A DNA stretch of 34,210 nt from Nemertoderma westbladi (lineage: Eukaryota; Animalia; Xenacoelomorpha), in NCBI GenBank assembly GCA_032718475.1, contig JAUCBJ010006462.1:1-34210 (forward strand). The letters are read 5' to 3'. Below are positions 20,801 through 32,843 of the stretch, piece after piece. Numbering within the stretch: position 1 is the stretch's first letter; the number at the start of each line of letters is the position of its first letter. The notes under the pieces are model-generated. The model was not told the DNA's origin, made no database searches, and saw only the letters and a program-made list of their open reading frames with translations. A program made the position numbers and the translations under genes.

Positions 20801-23736
20801 ATGTCTGACACAAAACAAACACTGTCAGATGTTGTCTTGGAAAGGACGATCTGTGACCCAGATCAAAGCATAGAAAGGCCCCAGCCAAAGTCTAAGACCC
20901 CTCCTACTGTAAGAAAAGCCATCCCTACAGTAGTTGTGTCAGACCCTAGGCTAGTGAAGCACCATAGGTCTATTATAGGCACTAGGGCTCAAGTTAAGCG
21001 AGACCAAGTGACTGCTGTAAAACAGCAACAGTACCCGAACCGAGAAGTTATTTCTCAACTACGTAGTAACTCTAGTTCCAACACCGAAGAGTTAACGCCT
21101 GAGATCGGATCAAGGATGGAAGAAGTGGTTTATCCTGACCCACTTTTGATTCTTCCTGGGGCAGTGCTCACTAGAGTACTTATAGGTGTAGAAGAACATC
21201 AAGCGGACTGGATGAGAAATAAGAGATCGACCAGAGATAGTTACGCCGGATACCCTCTGGAAGAACTAAGGTCTATTGTAGAGACTCAATGGAACTTCCC
21301 CGGACCCGGACTCCCGTTTAACTTATCGGAAGCTGCCTGGGAGGACTTATATGAAATGGGCGTAGTTAGAGACACCCAAGATCCCGCTGTATGGAAGAGG
21401 TCAGCAGCTGGATATGTCCAAGGATTCTTCAACTCCTTAGGACGAATAGAAACACAGTTATTCCAACAACAACAGGGACCTCAAGAGCAGGGAGAACTGC
21501 TTTACCAAGTGAGGGAAAGGATATTGAGGATCAGATTAATCCTTTCAGCCTTTGAAGAGGCCTCGAAGAGAAGTCAAGATACATCACTGCAGGTGGCAGT
21601 AAAGACTTGGTTCCAACGAGTGAATGCTAAAGTCCAAGGAATAACACAATGGAAGGCTCATCTAACTGAATGCATAGCCTGTGGAAAATCAACCGATGCA
21701 ACTTTCTCCCATATGGAAGGCGAGGCGGTATCCGAAAAACCTCAGAAGAATTATGCTATTGACATCTATCTGTCGGATTATCAACGATTTATAGGTGACA
21801 AAGAGCTAAGGAGATGTCTAGCTGGACTCCATCCCAATAGTGAAGAAGCCAAATTCATTTTGGACTCCCACATACGGAGATATTAGCTGCGGAGCAGGCT
21901 AAATTTGATGAAAGCATTCTCATCGCGATGGACAAAGAAGAACAAATAAAGAAAGGACAGATAGAAGATCGGAAACAAGCTGCAACCGCGGAAGCTGAAT
22001 TAAAAAGTTGCAGCGGCAGAAGTTGATAGAAAGTCAGCAGCGGCAGCGGCAGAAGCTGATAAAAGGGCAGTGGCGGCAGCAGCAGAAGCAGATAAAAGGG
22101 CAGCGGCTGCAGCGGCAGAAGCTGATAGAAAAGCGGCAGCGGCAGCGGCAGAAGTTAACCGAAAGGGGGCGGCGGCATAAGTAGAACGTAAAGCTGCCAC
22201 AGTAGAAGCTGAACGGAGGGCAGCTGAAGCAAAAGTACAACTAGAGTTGGAGAGCATTCAGGCGAAACAAAATTACTTAAATAAACAAAGGGCAGCTACT
22301 CAGATGCAACTACTGAGTCGATCTACTCCCAGAAGACATGGATTTACCTCCTCAGATGAACGTACTACTACTGATTCCGAGTGTAAGGGTAACCAAGCTC
22401 GTTCAAACAGACGTAGAACAGTGCCCCAAAGACATAAGTCCCCCTACGGTGAGAAGGGAACTAGCTAATGTAGACTTAAGTAATAGAGAGTCAACAGCCC
22501 AAATTATAAGAGTATAAAGACTCCCTATTATAGTAGATGAGCCAGAAATAATTAGGTCTGTTAGCGAAGCCACTCCTTTAATAGAGACCCCTTTACGCAC
22601 ATAACACAACTCTAAATTCCCTTTGCATAGTACCAAACTACCCTTGTCCAGTAGACAACCGCCTGAATCTCGGACTGTTATTGACGCCGTGCAAGATATA
22701 ATAACTGGACTGTCCCCAGTCGTCCCGATGTGCCATCCAGCTACGAAGTTGGCGGCTCCCGCACCCGTGGTTGAGTGGATGGAGGAAGGACGACGGGGGA
22801 TGGAAGAATTGATCGGGCAATTGGAGGAAAACAAAATCCAGTCCTCTAAACAAGTCCGAAAATTGGAAGGGTCTGTTTAACTGTTAAAGGGAACAGTAAG
22901 AGAGAATAAGTTAGAGCTGCAAGAAGTACAGCAACATATCGCTCTCGAATGCGATAAATTAGTAAATATACAAATGGGTATACCACCACCCTCTATAACA
23001 ATGTGTCAGCCCGTTAGGTCTGAAGTATTTCATGTGCAAGGTGTGGAGCCTACACGCATCTATACTGCTAGTGAAGTAGAAACTCCTATAGTAAACCCTA
23101 TTAAGAGTATTAATAAGCCTGTCAATAATGATATCCCATACCGATCTGATAATAATTCAAGAAATTTATATAACAATAATTCGATATTAAATAGTACGAT
23201 GGCGCAAGAAAGCTTCACACATCAGATGGCTAGAACGGAAGCCCGTCAAGCGGTAAAGGTGGGAGAGGTCGTCAAGTTTACTAGGAGAAAGGTAAAACCA
23301 TTGTGTTATACGGATGATTATGAAAGGCAAACGTCTTATGATGAAAATAGTGGCAAAGACACTAAAAGATCTTTTTACACGAATAAAGTCTAGAAAGACG
23401 TAAGTCTAAGGCTCAAACCAGTGGCAAGAGAGAACAGATAACAACTCCACCTACGTCTCCCAAGATAATTCATGGTAGGAAGCCAGAAGAAAGAGCTAGC
23501 ATACAAAATACAATGCAAGTTAAGGTAAGTAACATCAAACCTAAGTGTTTATTGAGGAATTCTTGAAGAAAGAACTAAAGGACAGACGTGATGTCATGTG
23601 GGACAAAAGGTTGTGTTACAATTCCCTCAGGCAAGGACATCAAAGGAAAACCTGTTACTCAGACGTGAGGTGTGCTAAGTGTGGAGCGAAATATCATATC
23701 TTGCTACACACCGAGTTTGATAAGGTAACGCGGTAA
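20801..23736 (+). pseudogene. gag: BEL/Pao gag of element 2, disrupted
   Basis: 361-aa open N-terminus, ~30-bp tandem repeats coding AAAAEADRK-like units (~22010-22230), several stops, knuckle remnants LCYNSLRQGHQRKTC and CAKCGAKYHILLH. Most of the capsid region appears missing near 23285. Confidence 0.8.
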
Positions 23737-23777
23737 GTGTACAAGTGTAAGCCAAACTACATGTACAATTCAATGAT

Positions 23778-24467
23778 GTGAACGACACTGACCATAGTTC
23801 GGAGATGGAAGGATTCTATACAGATGAATTTTCTGACGAAAATGAATCTTGTTATATGATCAACGCAACCGTATATCGAGCCCTTACATATGAGACAGAA
23901 ACGGAGGGAGAAGAACATCAACTATCTATTCCGGATCGACAGCTTTCATGGAAAGTTTCAATACCATCTGTCAGCATCCGAGAGTTCCCAGTGGTGCAAC
24001 TAAGAGTACATGGACAAGCGAAGAGCTTAATAGTGAATGCCCTCCTTGACTCCAGTAGTACAGGCACCTTCATTGACAATGACCTGGTCGAAGATATCTT
24101 TGCAGGTCAACCAAGGTTCCGAACCAAACTGAACCGTTCCGGGATTATGCAGGTTTGGAAATCTATGGTATCCACAGACTTTTATGTTAGATCGTTGTAC
24201 ACTCCCCAAGATGAACTAGGTGAGAACAGTGTAAGGTCAGTTAAAATGGTGGCAATAAAGAACTTTGCTACTAACCAAGTAGAGCCTTATAACTGGGATG
24301 AAGACCATTTTACCCGGCAATACAACATACCTAGATTCAGAACAGATTACCTAGGGGTACAGATACTGTTCAGCCAGAATGCGCACGAAGCGCTTGAGAC
24401 CCTAGAGAAACGGCCTGCTCGACCACGACCACTACAAACCTACGCGGGAAGAACAAGAGTAGGTTGA
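23778..24467 (+). pseudogene. pol: BEL/Pao aspartic protease of element 2
   Basis: FPVVQLRV...VNALLDSSSTGTFID...VQILFS...YAGRTRVG. Confidence 0.85.
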
Positions 24468-24959
24468 TATTTCACGGGACCTTCCCACAGGACTTTGCAG
24501 GAAAGATCGAAGGGAGAGCAAGTCCACCAGGTAAGTGAGTGTGAGGAAGCCATGAGCGAAGAGGATATCCCAGCTGAGGAAACTCTATGCTCCTCAGACA
24601 ACAACGACATCCAGACTCTATATGACGAGGAGAATACCATTGAACTCCTCACTGATTACGTGGCCCCGACTTCCTAGGTAAAGAAGAGGAGTAATGGCCC
24701 CCTCATCTCACCACGGCGGAGATCAGACAAGCCAAGGGAGCGGAGAAAGTCAAACCAAAAACCCGGATGAGTAAATCAAAGCTGTTTAAGGAAGTGATAG
24801 ATCTGTCTGTGCTACACACCGCCGGTGATGCCACTGTGGATCCGAATCCATCCATGGATGTTACTCGAACCATAAATAAATCTGTCATAGAAAGAAGGGA
24901 AAGAGATTGGAAATCTGGAACACCAGACGTCTCACAAGGACTCTCTCCTCTCATCCAAA

Positions 24960-26505
24960 GAGCGATGGCTCATTATAGCTCCTGGAATTGGCTTTGCAAG
25001 GCCATTGTGTATTTAAAACGATGTTTCCATCATCACTATTCCAGGGCCAAGATCGCTAATGATGCCACTTCAGTAGTAGCTGAAAAGGTCCATGCTACCA
25101 AAGACCTTCCCACTTATCGGCTGCCTGATATGTTTCTGACTGAGAAAATCAGTTACCAAGAACATGATGATGCCAACAAGCAGATACTGAGACTCCTGCA
25201 ATGTTATGAGAATTCCGAAAAGTATTTCCTGTTGTTGAGAAATCCACAGATGCGCTTAAGGGATCCTTTCTCTAGCACAATGATAGATGGGCTAATATGT
25301 GTTGGAGGGAGATTAACCAATGCTCCATTGTCCTTTGACACTAAGTTTCCCATACTCATTAGAAATCTTGAAATACAAATCGAGATGTTCACAGTAAGCT
25401 TTACCACGCTGGTAGAGAACGAGTTCTTAGCAAATTTCGAACTCGCTATTATTTCCATAAGCCCCGTAGAGCTCTAAACCAAGTTCTTAGGAACTGTATA
25501 CCCTGTAGGAAAGTATTTAGTAGGCCTTTAACACAGCGAGAGGCAGAATTACCTAGGGAACGAGTAAGCTGTTATGAACCACCCTTTACTAATACTGGTT
25601 TGGATTTATTTGGCCCTATTGAAGTATATCGTGCTAGGACTATAGTCAAGTGATGGTGCGTCATCTTTGTTTTTATGACTTGTAGAGCGATCCATCTTGA
25701 TATGGTGAACGATCTATCTACCAACAGCTTCATATTGAGTTTACGCCGACAAATCGCTCGTTTTGGGACTAGCAACTCTATGAGATCTGATAAAGGTACT
25801 AATTTCATTGGCACCAATAACGAGATTAAAGCTTACGTAAACGATTGGAACCAAAGACAGGTGGACGATCAGCTAAGAGTAACAGCATCTAGCTGGACCT
25901 TCAACGCCGCCGACGCCCCTTGGTGGGGAGGAAGTTGGGAGAGACTCATACGTAGCGTAAAGACCGCATTTCACTTTATAGTGCCGTGCCGCGCGTATCT
26001 CACCGACGAACTTTTGCGGACGGTAATGGAGGAAATCGCCGCCTATCTCAATGAGAGACCGCTTATGCCAGTCTCATCGAGTCCCGACTCCCTAGAAACG
26101 CTAACACCCGCGCATTTCCTACTAAAGAAACCTGTAGCCATGCTCCCGCAGTCGGAAATAACAGATGGAGACGAGTACTGCCGACAAACTTGGCAACTTA
26201 TGCAGTTATTATCCCATCGTTTCGCTGACCATTTCGAAAAATATTATCTTCCTACGCTACAACTTCGAACAAAGTGGTTTGTGCAGCAAGAAAACGTCAG
26301 CGCCAGAGACATGGTCCTCATTGTGGAATCAGATCTTCCCCGTAAGAGGTAGCAGACAGGTCGTATCATCGAGACTCATATATCCGATGATGGTATAGTG
26401 AGACCGGTGGAACTCGTCATCATGCGACGTAATTTCAAGAGACCTGGAATTGTGTTCGAAACTCAACAACTTAATCGCCCGGTTGGTCGTTTATGTTTAT
26501 TGGAA
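24960..26505 (+). pseudogene. pol: BEL/Pao integrase (HHCC, DDE core, DUF5641-like tail), frameshifted
   Basis: HYSSW..L, GLICVGGRL, HSKLYHAG...CIPC, PFTNTGLDLFGP, RAIHLD, SDKGTNF, APWWGGSWERLIRSVK, LNERPL, LTPAHFL, RPVGRLCLLE. Confidence 0.93.
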
Positions 26506-27208
26506 AGAGACCGAGAGTTATCCGGTAACTATGGAAAACAAGAGACTCTTCCCACGACCACCTACCTAATCCAACAAATATCTAGGAACTCCCCAACATA
26601 ACAGCGTTTGGAGTGGGTGTGTGACTACATTATTTTATTTGTTTATTTTTATACTTATGTACGTATTATTATATAATTTCTATTATTATGATCGTTTTCT
26701 TTAATTTTATTTAGTAGAATAATATTTTTTAACGATTATTCAGTAGATTAGTGCAATATATTTCGTATTATATTACTTAATTACTTAGTATAATATATTT
26801 CGTTAACGGTGAGAAATAATTTCGTTTTCTCTTTCCTTACTGTCCGTATCATACTATAAATACGTGACTACAGTAAGATGAAATGTCAGTACTTATTAAA
26901 GTACAATATACCGCTCCTACTATACTTAAGTATTATTGGTAAAGTAGAGTATTAGGAATGCAACGTTCAGATCCTTGTGTCTCGGCTAAACCAAGCTCTG
27001 GGTAGACCTTGGAAACGACTTGCCTCTTCTCACTGACATTGCTCCTTGCAATATTGCTCTCATACCGTATCTTAAATAATACATATAGTAGAAAGATGTC
27101 CATCTAACAGTAACGCTGTCAAAGTAAATCTGTTAAAATCTTTGACCCATAAATCTGTTAAACCCTTTGACCATCTGAAATTCTAGTCGATTAAGATATC
27201 GCGGCACC

Positions 27209-27650
27209 CTACTACTAGGATCGGCATGCTGCATTGCAGCTGCATATTTAAGAATGCTGTGCCGGCTTATCGACAAAATTGCACCGCCACAACTCCCTAT
27301 CACCCATGACATTTGCTAGATCATCCGCATCTTCAAGGCCAGTGTCCTTTAAGATGCGTCTCAAAAAAGTAATGGGCTGTCCACCATGCTTATTCACTCC
27401 ATGAGTCTGCCAAAGTACAAGATTATGCACTGGCTGGTCCTCACGACAAAAGCAATGTCCTGCAAAGCGGAGGCAATTTTGTTCTAGTGTCAAGTTTGGG
27501 GGAACCAATGAGACACCTCCAATGTTATATAGTGTCTGGTTGGAGATGTGTGCATTGTACTTGACATAATGAACCCGGCGTAGCATTCTTGTGAATGTGC
27601 CATCCAGAGATTTGGTGTCCTCAGCAGTTAGAGCCCAGCATGGACTCCCA
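27209..27650 (-). mobile_element. RTE LINE 3' fragment (~440 bp), same family as 16416-17914
   Basis: Near-identical to 16423-16863 including the (TAG)n tail. Confidence 0.92.
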
Positions 27651-27933
27651 TACTACTAGGATCGGATGCTGCATTGCAGCTGCATTTTTAAGAATGCTGT
27701 GCCGGCTTATCGACAAAATTGCACCGCCACAACTCCCTATCACCCATGACATTTGCTAGATCATCCGCATCTTCAAGGCCAGTGTCCTTTAAGATGCGTC
27801 TGAAGAAAGTCATGGGCTGTCCACCATGCTTATTCACTCCATGAGGCTGCCAAAGTACAAGATTATGCACTGGCTGGTCCTCACGGCGAAAGCAATGTCC
27901 TGCAAAGCGGAGGCGATTTTGTTCTAGTGTCAA
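27651..27933 (-). mobile_element. RTE LINE 3' fragment (~280 bp), joined head-to-tail to the previous fragment
   Basis: Second tail TACTACTAGGATCGG directly abuts the truncated 5' end of the first fragment. Confidence 0.92.
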
Positions 27934-28675
27934 AACAAAGAGTTAAAGTTGCGTTAGGTCCAAAACTAACTATAGGTTATAACTATAGGAAATCTAACTT
28001 TAGGTCCTAAAGAGCGTAAGGTCCCATTGCCATTTAAAGGAGCAGGTTAGTAAAGGAGCAGGTTACAGAGGCGTATTGGGGGAACCAAAACAATAAACGA
28101 AAGTTAACACATGTTACAAGATTATGCAGATTACTTAATTAGGTCTTTGTTTTGTACTCACCCAGAAGCGCCAACATTGATATATTAATTATCAATTACT
28201 TGTTTGCGTGTTAATATACTGTAATTAGAGCATAAAATAATTTGTAAAATTTAAGCAATTTTACTAATAATTGACTTCTTTCAGTGAGTTAGTGCAGGGG
28301 TCAAATTATATTATTGAATTAAATACCAAATTGTTAACATAATTTTCATCCTGTTAGAAAAGGTTTATAAAGAAGAAAACACCTCTATGCAGTAAATGGC
28401 ATTATTAAAACTACTGTAATAAATTCATTTTTTTTGGTTAATTGTAAATTTTCGATCTCTTGGTGCAGGGGGTAATTTTCATTTTTTCACACTAAAAATA
28501 ATTTGTATGTTGATTTCGGATAGAAAGGCAACTTTTTAGTTGGTAGACAAATAAAAATTCAACAAAAACTGAAAATCGGCCCACCCTAATGCACATGTAC
28601 AAATACAACGTTTGTAATAACAAATGATAAAATAAAAGAAATAGGGAAAATCTGTTAAACCCTTAAATCCTTTAA

Positions 28676-30228
28676 CCCTATTAGTACCCGGGCTATAAAA
28701 TGTTGTACAAATACCGGGGGGGGGGGGGGGGGGGGTCATATTGACCCCCCCTCTCTAAAATCTACAAATATTTACGAAAACGTCTGATTTTTTGTTTGTA
28801 CGTAGGTCTTGGATCTACGTTGTCTGTATCCGACCGAAAAAAAAATTTTCGAAAAAATGTACTGGGGTGGTTATATTGCAGCACCAAAATTACAAGTATT
28901 GCACAATTTTCACCAAATTTGAAAGTTACATTTTCGGCTAATTATTTTTCAATACAGGTTTTCTGTGGTGCAAAATACATTGGAAAATATTAAAAAATGA
29001 TATGATTACTATAAATGGTTGTTTAGTCCTCTCAACGTAGGAAAAAAATGAAAAAAACAAGTAACCAGCACTTTTCAGTTAGAACACAAAATTTTTAATT
29101 CACTTATACGATGCTATAAATTTACATTTTCAGGTTTTCTAGGGCGCTGATTCTAATGGAATACATTTCTAATATGCCAGATCTTTTGTACTTGTATTTT
29201 TCGGCGTAATTTGGCAAATTTTGGTGCTAGCACCAAATTTCGTACCCATCACCAAAAAGTACAAGTTTGCGATGTCCAGTGCTGTTTTTATTGATTCCAT
29301 CGGATTCAGGACCCTCATAAACCCGTATAACGCAAGAAACAATGTGATACTATCTACTTATCAATTTGCATATTTTCCAAAATTTGGTGCTGGCACAACA
29401 ATTTTCACCCACCGGCGAAAAATTCAAGTTTGAGAACTCTTATGAAATTTTTACTGATTCCATTGAATTCAAAACCATCACAAACCCGTATAACGCAAGA
29501 AACAAGGTGACACAATCAATTGATATATTTGATGGTTTTCAAAATTTGGTGCTAGCACCACATTTTGCACCCACATCCGAAAAATACAAGTTTGAGATGT
29601 CTAGTTCGATAATTATATTGTCCATTGAATTCAGAACAGCCATAAACCTCTAAAACGCAAGAAATAAATTGTCACAAGCAATTTTATCTATTGAATGGAT
29701 TTTCAAAATTTCGTGCTAGCACCAAAATTTGCACACAGCACCGATAAATACAAGTTTGATACGCTTGGTGCAACTCGTATATATTTCATCGAATCCAGAA
29801 ACCCAAAAAACCCCAATTGCGTAAAAAACAAGTTTCAAACGATCAATTTACAAAATTGACTTATTTCAAAATTTGGTGCTGGCACCAAAATTTGGCACCC
29901 ACCGAAAAAAACAAGGTGAAATTTCTAAATCAATTTATATGAATTCCATCAAATTTCTAACACCAAAAAACCGGTGTAAATCAAAAATAGAGATGTTACA
30001 ATTCATATTTAATGAAATGTAATTTTCAAAAAACGTCTCAAAAAAAAGTGCCAAAAGTAGGGTTAAAAAATGGTGCTATAACTCGAAAACTACCCAATAT
30101 TTTTGAAAACGGTTTTCACCACTAGGAAGACAATAGATTTTTAGGAAAAGTCATACAATTTCAGATTCCCAACTGCGTTTGTTTCAGAATTATAATAAAA
30201 AAACCACGGGGGGGAGGGTCATATTGAC
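28676..30228. mobile_element. Non-autonomous piggyBac-like DNA element, right end truncated
   Basis: TTAA|CCCTA at 28672-28680; subterminal G-run-TCATATTGAC-C-run at ~28716-28751, recurring at ~30208-30228 where it is cut off before LTR B; no transposase. Confidence 0.55.
29216..29950. repeat. Tandem array, ~163-bp unit, ~4.5 diverged copies with palindromic core TTTGGTGCTAGCACCAAA
   Basis: Units start at about 29216, 29379, 29541, 29706 and 29869. Confidence 0.9.
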
Positions 30229-30235
30229 GTATATA

Positions 30236-31128
30236 TATCGTAATGCTGCTATTTTTTCTGAGAATCCTATTCCATTCTGGATTCAGCCCTAAGTCCAGAC
30301 GTTTCAGACTTTGGCCCGAGAACATCTGATGGCTGGAGTTTTAAGAACGCAAATCTATTAACTTATCATACCGCATCTTATTTCATATGCATTTCATGCG
30401 GCATCTTAATACTCTTATAACACATACTAACTCTGTTCACCGCACTGTTTGTTGCTGTTTTATATTGTTGTTAATTGTTGTCAATTGATGTTTATATTAA
30501 TGGATGTTATATTTGGAGAATACCGATAAATAATCGTAAACCCCTCAACTTTCTTAATTACTGAGGTAAGCAGAAGGGTCTACCGGTAGCAACTACGACT
30601 CAAATTATAGTGGTTTTTGTGTGGATTAAATGCTATTTCATACTCCCTACATGTGTCAGTTGCAATCCTCCTTATATATGATAAAAATCAGTGATGGCGG
30701 GCAATTTAGTGTGAATTAGTGTGAAGTAGTGTGAAGTCGTGTGAAGGTTAATAAAGCATCTCCTAAAGAATGCGCTATTTGCGAGATTCTATAGCTATCT
30801 AGTTGTGATTAGTGTAAGTCATAACTCTGTTTTATACTTAAAGCGCCACGTCCTAAAGGAACTGTTAATATTTCCCCGAAAGTAAATATAGTTGTCGGAG
30901 ATTATATAGTAGCGATCAATCGAATAATACAAAGTAGCCTACACCGCAATAACTTTCTCTGGACCCGAATCCAGTCTCCCACACAGTGGGTTATACGCCG
31001 CGAACGGACTGGCTTCGGTGGATGTAAATTCAGTACACCAGGTAATTGGTAAGGGCAAAAGTCGATTTATAATTAAAGGGAGCTTTAAATTGGCAGGTTA
31101 ACTGCTAAAAAGTCTAAAAGCGCGAACA
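30236..31128 (+). repeat. LTR copy B (893 bp), uninterrupted
   Basis: TATCGTAATG (TG mutated to TA)...GCGCGAACA; matches LTR A. Confidence 0.88.
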
Positions 31129-31449
31129 CCGGAGCCGACCCTAAGGTTCCTCTTTCGATAGCTGCTACCCGAAGGTAGGGGTGGGCGCTACTTCTATACC
31201 AAAAATAGTTATAAATTCTTCGGCATATACAGTACGTCGATAGTATAAGCTCAGCTGGAAGAAATCTCATATTAACTATGTAATAAAGAAAGTCTATAAA
31301 ATCTGCTGGTATATTCCATAAGCTACGTTATATCTTCCCACTACACATACCTCACCAGCTATACTTCACAGTAATTAACCCCTATCTAACATATATTTGG
31401 TAGTTTCTATGGATCAGTCCTTCATCAATCCACTCTGCAAAAAAATAAA

Positions 31450-31497
31450 TACTACTACTATTTTCAAGATTGCTGTGCCGGCTTGTCGACTAAAATG
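31450..31497 (-). mobile_element. Very short RTE-family 3' remnant
   Basis: (CTA)n followed by ...TGCTGTGCCGGCTTGTCGAC, matching the LINE ORF end but lacking most of the 3' UTR. Confidence 0.6.
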
Positions 31498-31516
31498 CTT
31501 AAAATGAATTTACGAC

Positions 31517-32135
31517 ATATGCTATGGTAAATCTGAAAGCAGATTTGGTATCAGCATTGTTTAATATATAATTTATATTATCAAAGCTCTTTTCCATGTT
31601 TTGGATTGATTTTGAGCATATTTGATTCCTATTGAATCTACGTCACTCATCACAGTTGTTCGTGATACCATTTTTTGAACTAAAATTGACAATTGTGAAA
31701 AAACTAGATATCCTATGGTAAATCTTAAAGCAAGTTTGTAATCAGCATTATTTAATTATACATAGTTCATATGAACAAAGCCCCATTCATTGTTATAGAT
31801 TGATTTTGAGCATATTTGATTCTTATTGAATATATGTCACTCATCACAGTTGTCCGCGATGCCATATTTTGAACTAAATTTACAATTGTGAAAAAACTTG
31901 ATATGTTACCACAAATCTGAAAGCAGATTTGGAATCAGCATTATTTAATTACATATAATTCATATAAACAAAGCTCCATTCAATGTTATAGACTGATTTT
32001 GAGCACATTTGATTCTTAATGAATCTACGTAACTCATCACAGTTGTTCGCGATACCATTTTTTAAATAAAATTGACAATTGTGAAAATACTTGATATGCT
32101 ATGGCAATTCTGAATGCAGATTTGGAATCAGCATT
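31517..32135. repeat. Tandem array, ~192-bp unit, ~3.2 copies
   Basis: ATATGCTATGG..AAATCTGAAAGCAGATTTGG.ATCAGCATT recurs at about 31517, 31708, 31901 and 32094. Confidence 0.9.
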
Positions 32136-32374
32136 GGCCAACATTTTTGAATTTATGATCCGGCCTAACGTATATGTATCTTGTGACAAGGACAAAATAT
32201 CGCACAAGTGTAAATGACTATCTATGCACTAATTGGTTAGTTATTCGTAGAACTGTTATTCGAACACAACACGAACACAACTGTTCGTTTTTGAACTATA
32301 GTCTATTATATTGACTTAGAGCTGCCCATATGATGATGTTGAGATATTTGTTTCTGTAGGAACACTATACTTAC

Positions 32375-32560
32375 TACATCCTGGAACACAGTATCCCCAA
32401 TTCCCGGGTAGGATGTTTCCATCTCCATCTACAAATGTTGGACACCAACTTTGATCAACAGAAATCGCTTTACATTCATTGTACTCAACATCCTCTAAGG
32501 TGAACGGAATCACGCAGTTCCTGAAGGGTCTTGGTCCTGAGTTGGTTCGGCAAAGTTCAT
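32375..32560 (-). CDS. Host exon encoding a fibronectin type II-like domain
   Basis: CRTNSGP...CVIPFTLEDVEYNEC...WCPT.VD..G....NWGYCVPGC; acceptor TTTTTGTGATCCCAG before 32560, donor GTAAGT after 32375; 186 nt, phase 1-1. Confidence 0.85.
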
Positions 32561-32843
32561 CTGGGATCACAAAAAATATATATATCCTGGTTTGTAGGCA
32601 CTACAAGAAAAATAACTAATAGGATGTTTAATTATTTAATAATATTTGATTGTCACTTAGCCATAAGTAGGAATCCAGTAGGACCATTACAAAATATAAT
32701 TCATGGTAAACTATACATACAACTACTAGTTCGAGTGAGCGTAAGTAAACTGCTAGTGGTCTTCAAAGTATTAAATAAAATATTAATAATAGCTACTTGA
32801 ACTGCTTTATCTACACAGTACTGCAGTATAGCTGTATTGCATA

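Larger units (their letters stand above)
16327..31128 (+). mobile_element. BEL/Pao element 2 (deletion derivative), putative extent from LTR A to LTR B
   Basis: Direct LTR copies flank gag-pro-int on +. Outer flanks GAAAA/CCGGA are not a TSD, so the pairing is uncertain. Confidence 0.55.

Noticed and set aside
22000-22257. Ala-rich and Cys-rich minus-strand ORFs
   Set aside because: Antisense shadows of the ~30-bp tandem repeat in gag.
29221-29653. ORFs of 70 and 95 aa with repeated LVLAP
   Set aside because: Chance frames through the 163-bp tandem array.
30058-30066. TAGGGTTAA as the right end of the piggyBac-like element
   Set aside because: Only 5 bp beyond TTAA match the left end, and the subterminal motif recurs further right at ~30208-30228.
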